NCBI GenBank assembly: GCA_039028615.1
Contig: JBCCHT010000030.1
Location: 28,151 to 92,150 of the forward strand
Source of the DNA: Myxococcota bacterium
GTDB lineage: Bacteria > Myxococcota_A > Polyangia > Nannocystales > Nannocystaceae
Length of the DNA stretch: 64,000 nt
Reading direction: 5' to 3'
The translations under genes and the position numbers were made by a program. The first letter of the stretch is position 1. Each line of letters opens with the position of its first letter. The notes below the pieces were generated by a model. The model ran no database searches, had not been told where the DNA came from, and saw only the letters and a list, made by a program, of their open reading frames with translations. Below, piece by piece: positions 30,281 to 39,708 of this stretch.

Positions 30281-32854
30281 ATGAACGGATCCCCCTTCGA
30301 TCCCGCGTCGTCCGTCCCGGACATCGAGCACCAGGTCGTGCTCGCCGAGGTCGAGGCGGGGCTCTTCGGCTCGACCCCCGGGGTGGAGATCGACCGCTAC
30401 CGCATCGTGGGACGACTGGGGCGCGGGGGCATGGGCGTGGTGTATCGCGCCCAGGACCCACAGCTCGATCGGGCGGTGGCGCTCAAGCTCTTGCACCCTT
30501 CCGAGCCCGGGACGGCACCGCGTCAGCGTCAGCGTTTGCTCCGCGAGGCGCGAGCGCTCGGCCGCCTCGATCACCCCAACGTGGTCACCGTCTTCGACGT
30601 CGGACTGGCGGGCGCTCAGGTGTTCGTGGCCATGGAGCTGTGCGAGGGCATGAACCTCGAGCAGTGGCTCGCCGACTCCCGGCGGAGCGTGGCGGAGATC
30701 GAGCGGGTGTTCGCAGCGGCGGGCCACGGGCTGCTCGCCGTCCATCGGGCGGGCCTGGTGCACCGCGACTTCAAGCCGAGCAACGTCATGGTCGGTGACG
30801 ACGGCCGCGTGCGGGTGCTGGACTTCGGGCTCGCCAAGTCGGTGTCGGAGCAAGCCGTCATGACCACGACCGACGAGGATCGTGCGCCCCCATCGGCCGC
30901 CGAGCTGACCGGGCGTGGCGCCGTGGTCGGCACGCCTCGGTACATGGCGCCCGAGCAAGCGCGAGGAGAACGAGGGGATGCACGCGCCGACCAGTACGCG
31001 TTTTGTGTCGCCCTGCACGAGGCGCTCCTCGGCTCGGTGAGCGCCGAGCCCGACTCGCACCTGCCTCCCACGCCCCACGGACACGTCCGCCGACGGGTTC
31101 GCTCGGCGATCGTCCGAGGCCTGCAGCGCGACCCGAACGACCGCTTCGACGACCTTCGGCCGCTGCTGTCCGAGCTGGCGCGACCGCGTAGGGCTCGATG
31201 GCTGGCCGCGCTCGGTGGGGCCGCCGTCGTGTCCGCGGCCTTCATGATGACTCGGTCGCCGTCTCCCGATCCCTGCGCCGATGCCTCGGCGCCCATCGAC
31301 GCGGTGTGGAGCAACGCCGCCCGATCGGAGCTTCACGCCCACCTCGCCGGGCTGCCGCGGCCCTTCGCGGCCGACACGGCCCAGCGGGTCGACACGCGCC
31401 TGCACGCCTACACGGAGGCGTGGCGAGCCATGGCCCGCGACAACTGCGAAGCGACCCGCGTCCACGACGAGCAATCGTCGGCCACCGAGACGCAGCGCAG
31501 AGCATGCCTGGCGGGTCGAGCCGATGCCCTCGCCGCGATGGTCGAAACGCTTCGGGCGATCGATCCCGAGCGGCTGCGGACCGCGGTGGCGGCCAGCGGG
31601 AGCCTGCCCAAACTGGAAGGCTGCGGGCCCGGACCCCACTTGGCCGAGACCTCGTCCAACCCCGCCGACCCGGCGCATGCCCGCCGCGTCCGGGCCCAGC
31701 TCGCGCGCGTGCGGGCGCTGCTACGAACGCACGACTACGCTACCGCCGAGCGCGTGCTGGAGCCCATTGCCGCCATGGTCGGGCCGCCGAGCGATGCCGG
31801 CTTCGATCCCGTCCTGCAGGCGGAGCTGCGCTATGCACAGGGCCGCGTGATGTCGCGGCTGGGTCGTTACGACGACGCCGAGCGGCACCAGCGCGAGGCC
31901 GTCGAGGGCGCGCTCGAGTTTCGCCGCGAAGCGCTCGAGGCCGAAGCGCGGGTGGACCTGATGCGACTGGTCGCGACTCGCCACCCCGAGGACATCGACT
32001 CGGTCCGCAACGAGGCCCTCGCCGCGGCGCGACGCCTCGCCGATCCCGGGGTCTTGGTGATGGCCCTGCGGCAGTCGGCCGCGACCCGGACCACCCCCGA
32101 GCAACGCGACCAAGCCCGACGAGAGCTCGAGCAGGCGCTGAGCCTGAGTCGCACCATGCCCGATGGCGCCCTGGCCGAAGCGGCGACCCGCGTCGCGCTG
32201 GGCATCTGGCACACGCAGCGCGAAGACTTCGCGGCGGCGACCGAGCAGTTCGAGCAGGCCTATGCGCTCGAGCTCGACACCCTGGGGCCCGATCATCCGC
32301 GGGTCACCCTCTCGCTGCGCAACCTGGCCGCCGTCCACCGCACCATCGGCGATCTGCCGCAGGCCCAGCGCGAGCACGAACGCGTCATCGAGCTGCTGTC
32401 GGTGGCCCTGCCCCCCGATCACCCCGAGCTCGCCGTCGAGCTGGCCAACCTCGGCGGCGTGCACCTCGATCTCGGTCGGCCCGAGCACGCCGCTCGCCTG
32501 GCCGCGCGAGCGGTGAAGATCTTGGAGCGCAGTCGGGGCCCCGATCACCCCGAGGTGGCCTGGGCCGCGAGCTTGCAGGCAATCGCGCTGCGACAGGCGG
32601 GATCGTCTGCCGAAGCGGTCGAGGTCTCGACCCGCGTCGTCGAGATTCACGAGGCCAATTCCGAGACCCCGAGCCCCGAGCTGGCCGCCGCGTGGCTGGA
32701 GCGGGCCCGGGCCCACCACGGCGCAGGACAGTCGGCCGAGGCCCACGCTGCCGCGCTGCGGTCGGGGACCCTCGCGCAGCAGGCGGGCAACCAAGCGCTG
32801 CAGCACGAGGCGGAACAGCTCGCTCGGGAGTGGTCGCAACCCGCGACGGAATGA
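30281..32854 (+). CDS. Ser/Thr protein kinase with long C-terminal helical/TPR-like repeat domain
   Basis: GRGGMGVVY, VALK, HRDFKPSNVM, DFG, GTPRYMAPE; divergent from the ECF sigma gene. Confidence 0.85.
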   Translation: MNGSPFDPASSVPDIEHQVVLAEVEAGLFGSTPGVEIDRYRIVGRLGRGGMGVVYRAQDPQLDRAVALKLLHPSEPGTAPRQRQRLLREARALGRLDHPNVVTVFDVGLAGAQVFVAMELCEGMNLEQWLADSRRSVAEIERVFAAAGHGLLAVHRAGLVHRDFKPSNVMVGDDGRVRVLDFGLAKSVSEQAVMTTTDEDRAPPSAAELTGRGAVVGTPRYMAPEQARGERGDARADQYAFCVALHEALLGSVSAEPDSHLPPTPHGHVRRRVRSAIVRGLQRDPNDRFDDLRPLLSELARPRRARWLAALGGAAVVSAAFMMTRSPSPDPCADASAPIDAVWSNAARSELHAHLAGLPRPFAADTAQRVDTRLHAYTEAWRAMARDNCEATRVHDEQSSATETQRRACLAGRADALAAMVETLRAIDPERLRTAVAASGSLPKLEGCGPGPHLAETSSNPADPAHARRVRAQLARVRALLRTHDYATAERVLEPIAAMVGPPSDAGFDPVLQAELRYAQGRVMSRLGRYDDAERHQREAVEGALEFRREALEAEARVDLMRLVATRHPEDIDSVRNEALAAARRLADPGVLVMALRQSAATRTTPEQRDQARRELEQALSLSRTMPDGALAEAATRVALGIWHTQREDFAAATEQFEQAYALELDTLGPDHPRVTLSLRNLAAVHRTIGDLPQAQREHERVIELLSVALPPDHPELAVELANLGGVHLDLGRPEHAARLAARAVKILERSRGPDHPEVAWAASLQAIALRQAGSSAEAVEVSTRVVEIHEANSETPSPELAAAWLERARAHHGAGQSAEAHAAALRSGTLAQQAGNQALQHEAEQLAREWSQPATE

Positions 32855-32979
32855 CGACTCGCGCACAATCCGCCCCGAATCGAATCGTTTGCGAAAAAAT
32901 TCACCGCAACGGTCACAGTCGTCTGCGGCCCGTGTCTCCGGTGCGAAAGGGCGGCCAGCGCCCACCAGGAGACACACCG

Positions 32980-33345
32980 ATGACCACCACCAAAGAACTC
33001 GTCACCGCCTTCTACTCCCGCATCGAGAACAAGGACTTCGACGGCGTCCGAGCCCTGCTCCACGACGACCTCGACTTTCAGGGGCCGATGCAGAGCGCCG
33101 AAAATGCGAACGAGCTAGTCTCGATGCTCACCATGATGGGCGGAGTCACCGAGAGCTTTCGCATCAAGCAACTGTTCGTCGAAGACGATCGAGCCTGCTG
33201 CGTCTACGATCTCGTCACCGCCACGCCGATCGGGCCGAGCCCGATGGCGGAGTACTTCGAGGTCCGTGACGGTCGCATCGCGGCCATCCACGCCCACTTC
33301 GATTCTCGCCCCTGGATCGCGCTCCAGGGCCCGGAGCAGAAGTGA
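32980..33345 (+). CDS. SnoaL-like/NTF2-like small protein (121 aa)
   Basis: aggag RBS; ..LVTAFYSRIENKDFDGVRALLHDDLDFQGP.. typical of SnoaL_2/ketosteroid-isomerase-like fold. Confidence 0.65.
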   Translation: MTTTKELVTAFYSRIENKDFDGVRALLHDDLDFQGPMQSAENANELVSMLTMMGGVTESFRIKQLFVEDDRACCVYDLVTATPIGPSPMAEYFEVRDGRIAAIHAHFDSRPWIALQGPEQK

Positions 33346-34205
33346 ACCCCTTCTCCGACCAAGACGATCCCGCCGTCGTCGCGGCCGCCCAGGCGGGCGA
33401 CCGCGACGCGCTCACCGAAGTCATCGAGCGGCACCGTCCGTGGATCTACAACATCGCGCTGCGCATGCTGTCGGATCCGGGCGCAGCCGAGGACGCGACG
33501 CAGGACATCTTCATCAAGGTCCTGCGCCGCATCGGGAGCTTCGAGGGTCGCAGCGAGTTTCGCACGTGGCTTTATCGAGTGGCGTTCCACCACCTGCTCA
33601 ACGTCAAACGCAGCAAGGGAGAGCAGCACCACACCACCTTCGAGGAATACGGCCACGGCCTCGACTCCGCGCCCGACCTCGGCCTCGACGACATTCCCGT
33701 GCCCGAGCGTGAACTCCTCGTCGAGGAGGCCATGACCGCCTGCATGACGGGCATGCTGCTGTGCTTGAACCGAGACCAACGCTTGGCCTACCTGCTCGGC
33801 ACGGTCTTCGACGTGCCCGCCCCGCTCGCAGCCGCGATGCTCGACCTCGAGCCGGCTACGTTTCGCAAGCGCCTGCAACGGGCCCGCGCCGACCTGCACA
33901 ACTTCATGAACGACAAGTGCGGGCTCATCAACGAGAGCAATCCGTGTCGGTGCGCCCGCAAGACCAAGGCGTTCATGCACGCGGGCTTCGTCGACCGCAG
34001 CGACCTCAAATTCCAGCGCGATCGGGTGGCCTCGATCGACGAGGTCGCCCCGCGGGAGGCCGGTGCCGTCTACGACAAGCTCACCAACGAATACCCCGCG
34101 CTGTACCGCAAGCACTCGTTTCAGGATCCGCAGGGACTGGCACGACGACTGTCGGCACTGCTCGAGGACACGGCGTTGGGCGACCTGCTGCCGCCATCGG
34201 CCTGA
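33342..34205 (+). CDS. ECF sigma factor with Cys-rich C-terminal extension
   Basis: sigma-70 region 2 (DATQDIFIKVLRR) and region 4 (LDLEPATFRKRLQRAR); CGLINESNPCRCARK; GTG start overlaps upstream stop (GTGA). Confidence 0.75.
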   Translation: MNPFSDQDDPAVVAAAQAGDRDALTEVIERHRPWIYNIALRMLSDPGAAEDATQDIFIKVLRRIGSFEGRSEFRTWLYRVAFHHLLNVKRSKGEQHHTTFEEYGHGLDSAPDLGLDDIPVPERELLVEEAMTACMTGMLLCLNRDQRLAYLLGTVFDVPAPLAAAMLDLEPATFRKRLQRARADLHNFMNDKCGLINESNPCRCARKTKAFMHAGFVDRSDLKFQRDRVASIDEVAPREAGAVYDKLTNEYPALYRKHSFQDPQGLARRLSALLEDTALGDLLPPSA

Positions 34206-34226
34206 GCTCCCAAAGCCGGGTCGTGG

Positions 34227-34643
34227 CTACTGGCGGCGCTTGCAGTCGTTCAGGTCGCCGTCGTAGGAGCAGGTGCTCGTGCCGTCGAGCACCTCGGCAT
34301 GACACAGGTAGGCCTCGCCCTCGTTGCACGTGAACAGGGCGCAGGCACTGCCCTTGGACACGATCACGCAGGTCTCGTCCGCCTCGAAGGGGCCGCCGCA
34401 CGCGATGTCGAGCGTGCTGCCCTCGCACGGGGTGGGCGTGCTGATCAGCACCTCGTACTCCTCGACCTCGTCGTGCTGGATCTCTTCCTCGAACTGCACG
34501 CCGACCGCCGCCTGGCGCATGGTCAGGGCCTCGTCGACCGCGATGATGTCGTCGTCGGTATCACAGGCCACCATCGCGAGGGCGGGAACGAGGGCGACCA
34601 GGCCGATGCGAACGAGGAGCGAAGATTGATTGGGGGTCTTCAT
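34227..34643 (-). CDS. Cys-rich lipoprotein (138 aa)
   Basis: signal/lipobox LVALVPALAMVAC; 8 Cys in mature part. Confidence 0.55.
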   Translation of the reverse strand: MKTPNQSSLLVRIGLVALVPALAMVACDTDDDIIAVDEALTMRQAAVGVQFEEEIQHDEVEEYEVLISTPTPCEGSTLDIACGGPFEADETCVIVSKGSACALFTCNEGEAYLCHAEVLDGTSTCSYDGDLNDCKRRQ

Positions 34644-34823
34644 GGGCATCGGGATACGCGATGAAACCCGCTTGTGAAGGGCAGCCGGCGCAAAATGCAG
34701 CGAACGCTGTAGTCGATTTCGATGCCCCTACAGCGCCTTCCGGCAGGGGCTCCCGGCCCCCTGGTTCACTTTTTTCGAATCGGTTCGTCCACGACGGTAC
34801 GCGGCGACTGCTACTGTACGGGC

Positions 34824-35687
34824 ATGGATTGTCTTAGTGGAACCGTAGATGGCAGGGCGCGATGGCGCGTCGCGGGCACGCTCCTGCTGCTCGCGTGCGC
34901 GGTGGGCTGTGGGCCTCCCGAGGGCACCGACCCCCCCGCCTCCGACACCGACTCGACCGACAGCGAGGGCAGCGACTCGAGCGGCGCCGACTCGACCGGC
35001 GAGATGGGGTACGAGTGCACCGAGGCCGAGGTGGGGCAGCCCCTGCTCGACGAGTTGTTCCTGATGGGCGAGTCGGCCTGGTCCGACCGCCTCGCCATCG
35101 GTGCCCAGTCCGCGGTCACCTTCACCCACGAGACGAGCGGCGGCGGAACCCATCACGTCGACCCCTGCTCGCAGTGGGACATCACGCCGTCGGAGGGCAT
35201 CACCTGGTTTCGGCACGCGCCCGGCATCCAGATCGACATCGACGAGTCCGTGCCTCCCAACACCACCCTGTCCATCACCGTCGACATCGAGAACGGGGCG
35301 CGGGTGATCCAAAAGGACTTCATCACCTACGAGCCCGTCGACTCTCCCGTGGTGGGCCTGTGGCACGAGACCCAGCGCGTGCCGTGCGATGGCAGCGATC
35401 CCTTCGCGCCGCTCCAGCCCGCCGAGCTGGCCTTCACCACCAGCCAGGAGATCTTCGTCGACTGGGATCCCGAGACCCTCGACGAAGACTACGGCGGCTC
35501 GTTCACCTTCGACCCGAGCACGGGCGCGCTGTCGTCCACCCTCAGCTCGGGCTCGATCCCCGCCGACTTCGATGGCGAAGGCACCGCCTCGGTGGCGGAA
35601 GACGAGCTCCGGCTCGAGGCCATCTACCTCGGGTCGACGGCCGAGCCACCCGAGGTCGAGATCTGCGGTCACGTGTTCGAACGCTGA
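34824..35687 (+). CDS. putative lipoprotein (287 aa)
   Basis: ATG 34824; signal/lipobox GTLLLLACAVGC; acidic Ser/Asp-rich linker. Confidence 0.5.
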   Translation: MDCLSGTVDGRARWRVAGTLLLLACAVGCGPPEGTDPPASDTDSTDSEGSDSSGADSTGEMGYECTEAEVGQPLLDELFLMGESAWSDRLAIGAQSAVTFTHETSGGGTHHVDPCSQWDITPSEGITWFRHAPGIQIDIDESVPPNTTLSITVDIENGARVIQKDFITYEPVDSPVVGLWHETQRVPCDGSDPFAPLQPAELAFTTSQEIFVDWDPETLDEDYGGSFTFDPSTGALSSTLSSGSIPADFDGEGTASVAEDELRLEAIYLGSTAEPPEVEICGHVFER

Positions 35688-36604
35688 CCTCGGCCATCGC
35701 CGCGTCGGGCCGCTCGCCGGGCGACTCGACGCGTCCGCCGAGCTTCACGACGCGCGCGACGGGCCTCGCGACGGAGCGCTCGTCGCTGCCGCCGCTCGGC
35801 CCGACGGCGTCGACGCTCCGCCTGCCGGGTCTCCCGCTGTACCTCGCGCTCGGCCTCGACGAGCTCCCGCTGGTACTCCCGCTCGACTCGCCGGGCCTGC
35901 CGCTCGGCTTCCTTGGCCGCCTTGCGACGGCGACGACGCTCCTTACGCTCCGCTTTACGCTTCTGGCGGGCGCTGAGCGGCGCAGACGGAGCACCCGAGG
36001 ATCCATCGGAGCCCCGGATTCGATGCGACAGTTCGAAGGGCTCGTGGGGCACCGGAATTGCCGGTAGCCCGGCGTGGACCTCGTGAATCACCGCTCCGCC
36101 GATCATGCTGACGGTGGAACAAGACTCGACGATCAGCTCCCGCACGATGCCCGGCTCGTGCTCGATCGTGAGGCGCGGATCCTGATCTGGAATGGTGGGG
36201 TTGGCCTCGTCGCCCCAGTCGATCTCCTCGATGCTCGGAGCGTCGACCTTCTCCCCCGTGCCCGTGCAGCCGAGCGCAAACCCGGCGAGGGCCGTGATCA
36301 GTGGCCCTCGGGCGCGGGTCGGCGAGGGTCGGAATCGCAGCTGCCCATCCGCACCGCAGGCATACCGAACACAGACCTCCTCCCGGCGAGAGCGGAGAAC
36401 GACGAGCTTCGCCTGCGCGCGAGTCATCTCGCTGAGGTCGTGCACCGACTTCCGACAGCGATCGCAGTGCCGCCGCCCCGACCCATCGGGCGCCACGGAG
36501 GACAGGTCCTCCGGGCACGGCTCGGGAATCGGAATCTGACTGCGGTGCACTAGATCCACTGCAGACGAACGACGCAGACATTCGGGCCTTACGCGAGCGC
36601 GCAA
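35669..36604 (-). CDS. hypothetical protein with N-terminal CxxC..HDLSxMT zinc-ribbon-like segment, internal lipobox-like ALGC and Arg/Glu-rich C-terminal tail; gene model uncertain
   Basis: HCDRCRKSVHDLSEMTRAQA; LITALAGFALGCTG; C-terminal ERRRRRAERRQRRALRREARRARREARR; several overlapping ORFs in other frames. Confidence 0.4.
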   Translation of the reverse strand: MRARVRPECLRRSSAVDLVHRSQIPIPEPCPEDLSSVAPDGSGRRHCDRCRKSVHDLSEMTRAQAKLVVLRSRREEVCVRYACGADGQLRFRPSPTRARGPLITALAGFALGCTGTGEKVDAPSIEEIDWGDEANPTIPDQDPRLTIEHEPGIVRELIVESCSTVSMIGGAVIHEVHAGLPAIPVPHEPFELSHRIRGSDGSSGAPSAPLSARQKRKAERKERRRRRKAAKEAERQARRVEREYQRELVEAEREVQRETRQAERRRRRAERRQRRALRREARRARREARRTRRVARRAARRGDGRGQRSNT

Positions 36605-36640
36605 ACCATCCCCCCGATGGGATGGTTTGCCTCGGAGCTC

Positions 36641-37669
36641 CTACGCCCGAGTCTCGACCGCGAGGATGGGCTCCGCCGACGACTGCTGCCGCAACGAATC
36701 CGGGGTCGTCCCCGTCCACCGCTGGAACGCCCGGAAGAACGACGTCGCCTCATCGAAGCCGAGCAAGAAGGCGATCTCGGTGGCGGTCAGGTGCGTGCTG
36801 CGGAGGTAGTGCAGCGCCAGCCTCCGTCGCGTCGCGTCGACCTCCGCCTTGAAGCTCGTGCCCTCGTCCCGCAGCCGCCGCTGGAGCGTACGAGCACTCA
36901 CCGCGAGCCGACGTGCGACCCCGTCCATCCCGACCTGGCCGCTCGGCAACGCCTCCATGAGCACCGCGCGGGTCCGCTCGGCAAAGCTCGCGTCACCCTC
37001 GAGATCGGACAGTCGCTTGCGCAGCTCGGGCTCGAAGATGTTCCACATCGAACGACTGGCACTGAGGAAGGGCCGGTGGGCATCGGCCGCGCTGAAGGTC
37101 ACGCGGCTGGGCTCACCACACACCAGCCGAACGCCGAGATAGTCCTCGAACGGCTGCGGCTCCCGAGGCAACTCGGGCACCACCACCACCTGCGGCCGAA
37201 CGTGCTCCCGCGTCCCCAGCCGCGCCAGCTGGGTCACGAACATCGCCTCCAGCGCGTGCATATACGCCGGCTTACGGACGGTCGCGTCCTTCCATCGATA
37301 CGTCAGCTCGAGCCCCTCCGCCCGATCGTGGACCTCGAGAGCAACCGGTCCGATGAGCGGCTTGAACCGCGCCAGCCGCCCGGCGGCGGTGGCCAGGTCC
37401 GGGCTGCACAGCGCCGCGAACACAGGCGGCTCGAAGAACTCCGGGCTCATCGCCTCCGTCAGCCGCACCCAAAACCTCGGGTCGCCCACGCTCGCATCGA
37501 GTGCCTCGAAGAACCGAAGGAACGACTCCGTCGTCAGGCGCACTTGCCCCCGGTTCAGCAGATCCTCGGGAAGCCGAGCTCGCCGCAGCACATCGACATG
37601 CTCGACGCCCGCCTGAGCCAAAATCCCCTTCCAGCCCTCCCCGATCGCATACACGTGGTTGCTCGCCAT
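36641..37669 (-). CDS. AraC-family transcriptional regulator (N-terminal AraC-binding-like domain + C-terminal HTH)
   Basis: C-terminal HTH ATEIAFLLGFDEATSFFRAFQRWTGTTP. Confidence 0.8.
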   Translation of the reverse strand: MASNHVYAIGEGWKGILAQAGVEHVDVLRRARLPEDLLNRGQVRLTTESFLRFFEALDASVGDPRFWVRLTEAMSPEFFEPPVFAALCSPDLATAAGRLARFKPLIGPVALEVHDRAEGLELTYRWKDATVRKPAYMHALEAMFVTQLARLGTREHVRPQVVVVPELPREPQPFEDYLGVRLVCGEPSRVTFSAADAHRPFLSASRSMWNIFEPELRKRLSDLEGDASFAERTRAVLMEALPSGQVGMDGVARRLAVSARTLQRRLRDEGTSFKAEVDATRRRLALHYLRSTHLTATEIAFLLGFDEATSFFRAFQRWTGTTPDSLRQQSSAEPILAVETRA

Positions 37670-37763
37670 CGAGACCTCCCGACCCGAGTCTAGCCAGCGT
37701 CGCCCTCCAACGCCCTGTCTTTCCGCGCCACCAAGCTACCCCCGGGCGCCACTCCTCGACCCT

Positions 37764-38138
37764 TCAGCTCCCAGGACTCACCCGCCACAGCCACAACGAC
37801 GCCAACGCCATCACCCCCACTTCAATGGCCACCAGCGACCACTGCTTCGCCACCACCCCATCCACGATCAGCCCCAGAACCCGCGCCAGTAGGGCCCCCA
37901 GCATGAAATAGAACAGCACCGACGCAATCGTCACCGACCACGGCCGCAGCTCCGTCCGAGCGATGAAGATCAGCCCAACCCCCAGCACCATCCCGCCGCG
38001 CACCCGACGCTCAATCGCCTCGAACGTATCCGCCGCCGGCTCCGGCCCTCCCGTCAGCCCCCCGAACCAGCCCGGAAACGCCGCCATCACGATGCCGAGC
38101 ACGGCCATCACCACCCCGACCATGCGCAACGCCGACAC
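37764..38138 (-). CDS. small integral membrane protein (124 aa, four TM helices)
   Basis: hydrophobic helices throughout; no family recognised. Confidence 0.5.
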   Translation of the reverse strand: MSALRMVGVVMAVLGIVMAAFPGWFGGLTGGPEPAADTFEAIERRVRGGMVLGVGLIFIARTELRPWSVTIASVLFYFMLGALLARVLGLIVDGVVAKQWSLVAIEVGVMALASLWLWRVSPGS

Positions 38139-38326
38139 GCCCGGAGGGTATCAAACGCCCGCGTACGACGACCTAGCCGCAGCCGCCAACTCACTACCCG
38201 CCAGCGCCACTTGCCACCACAACCCTCCGCGGCGGCCTCACCACGACGACCCAACCTACGCGAGACCGAACAACCGGCCCTCGAGAGTCGAACTGGCGAC
38301 CTCCGAAGATCGAACTCCGCTCCGCC

Positions 38327-38743
38327 TCACCCCTCGAACCGAGGCTGCGTCAGCGAAAACCAGTTCCCCGAGTTGTCCTTGAACACCGCCTCGAGCCCAT
38401 AAGGCCTCTCCTGCGGCTCCGACAAGAACTCCACGCCCTTGCCCTTAAGCTCCTCGTACGTCGCCCGGCAATCCGCCGTCCGAAACACCCCCGCCCCCAT
38501 CGCTCCCTTCGTGAGCAACGCCTTCATCTGCTCCACCGTCTCCGCATCGAACATCGGACTCGGCGCCAACGCCATCAGCACCAGCTCCATGTCCGTCTGA
38601 TCCTTCGGCCCGACCGTCAGCCACCGAAATCCATCCATCTTCGCGTCCGTACGGACCTCGAACCCGAGCTTCTCCGTATAGAACGCCAGGGCGGCATCCT
38701 GATCGAGAACGTAAAGAGAGACATGGGACATCGCGTTGATCAT
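38327..38743 (-). CDS. VOC (glyoxalase/bleomycin-resistance/dioxygenase) family protein
   Basis: MSHVSLYVLDQDAALAFYTEKLGFEV.. typical VOC beta-alpha-beta-beta-beta module; start ambiguous (38731 or 38743). Confidence 0.7.
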   Translation of the reverse strand: MINAMSHVSLYVLDQDAALAFYTEKLGFEVRTDAKMDGFRWLTVGPKDQTDMELVLMALAPSPMFDAETVEQMKALLTKGAMGAGVFRTADCRATYEELKGKGVEFLSEPQERPYGLEAVFKDNSGNWFSLTQPRFEG

Positions 38744-38810
38744 GGACAGGGTTGTAAACCCCTGCCGCCGCCCCCGGCTTCTCGAAAATTGCGGACCTCG
38801 ACCGCCGTCC

Positions 38811-39230
38811 TCACCCGGGCCGCCCGACGCCGAATTTGGCCAGGAAACAGCCCGGGATCGGCGGCAGCGGCGAAGGCACGCCCAGCGATTGCACCACCCT
38901 CCGGCGATAGCGAGCCGGCGAATGCCCCACGTGCCGAGCAAAGAGCGTGCTGAACGACCCCAGGCTCGAAAACCCCACCGCCATGCAGATCTCGGTCACG
39001 CTGCGGTCGGTGGTCATCAGCAGCTCACGCGCCCGCTCGAGCCGCACCTGGGTCATGTATTGATGAGGAGTCAGGTCGAACGCTCGGCGAAACTCCCGAA
39101 CGAAGTGGTGGCGCGACAGATGGGCCGCGCCTGCCACCTGGCTCAGATCGAGCGGCTGATCGTAGCAGCGGTGGATCAGCGTGCGCGCCTGCTCGAGTCG
39201 CTCCCGCCCTTCGGGAACCACCGTCGACAT
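38811..39230 (-). CDS. AraC-type HTH-only transcriptional regulator
   Basis: LSQVAGAAHLSRHHFVREFRRAFDLTPHQYMTQVRLERARELL..VTEICMAVGFSSLGSFSTLFARHVGHSP; start could be 39296. Confidence 0.65.
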   Translation of the reverse strand: MSTVVPEGRERLEQARTLIHRCYDQPLDLSQVAGAAHLSRHHFVREFRRAFDLTPHQYMTQVRLERARELLMTTDRSVTEICMAVGFSSLGSFSTLFARHVGHSPARYRRRVVQSLGVPSPLPPIPGCFLAKFGVGRPG

Positions 39231-39708
39231 GCCCGCCTCGGCGGCGAGCAGTCTCGAGAAGGCCCACGCCCAGCCGCCTCCGTGGCTCATCATCAACCGT
39301 CATCGCCGCTGGCCGACGCGCCGTCAAGTACACGGGCCAGATCGACAAGGCCAAGGTGGTGAATGCCGTTGTCGTCGACACCACTCGACCTCGCCGCAGG
39401 CACGCAGGTCGGCCGCCGCCTCCCGAGACCTCTGGTCTCAACATCCGCTGACCAGCGCTGGCCGAACGCATCGTGAATTTGGTGGCCGTCGCGCCCTCTC
39501 GGCGAACGAGTGGGTGTACGTCGGTTCCCTTTATTGGCGTCGCGAACCGTCCGGCGCCGCTCGATGGTCTCCATCCTCGGGGTCGCAGCGCCGGCACTGG
39601 TCCCCGAAGTCATTGGATGAGGACCGGGTGGCCGGACGGATAACAAAACCCCAAAACGAGCACGCAAAAGTTAGTTTTGTAAGCTATAGTGGAGAGCGTC
39701 AGGACTGG

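Noticed and set aside
31198-33345. 715-aa plus-strand ORF
   Set aside because: Mostly an out-of-frame overlap of the kinase/TPR gene. Only the 3' end (32980-33345, SnoaL-like) has an RBS and protein-like sequence.
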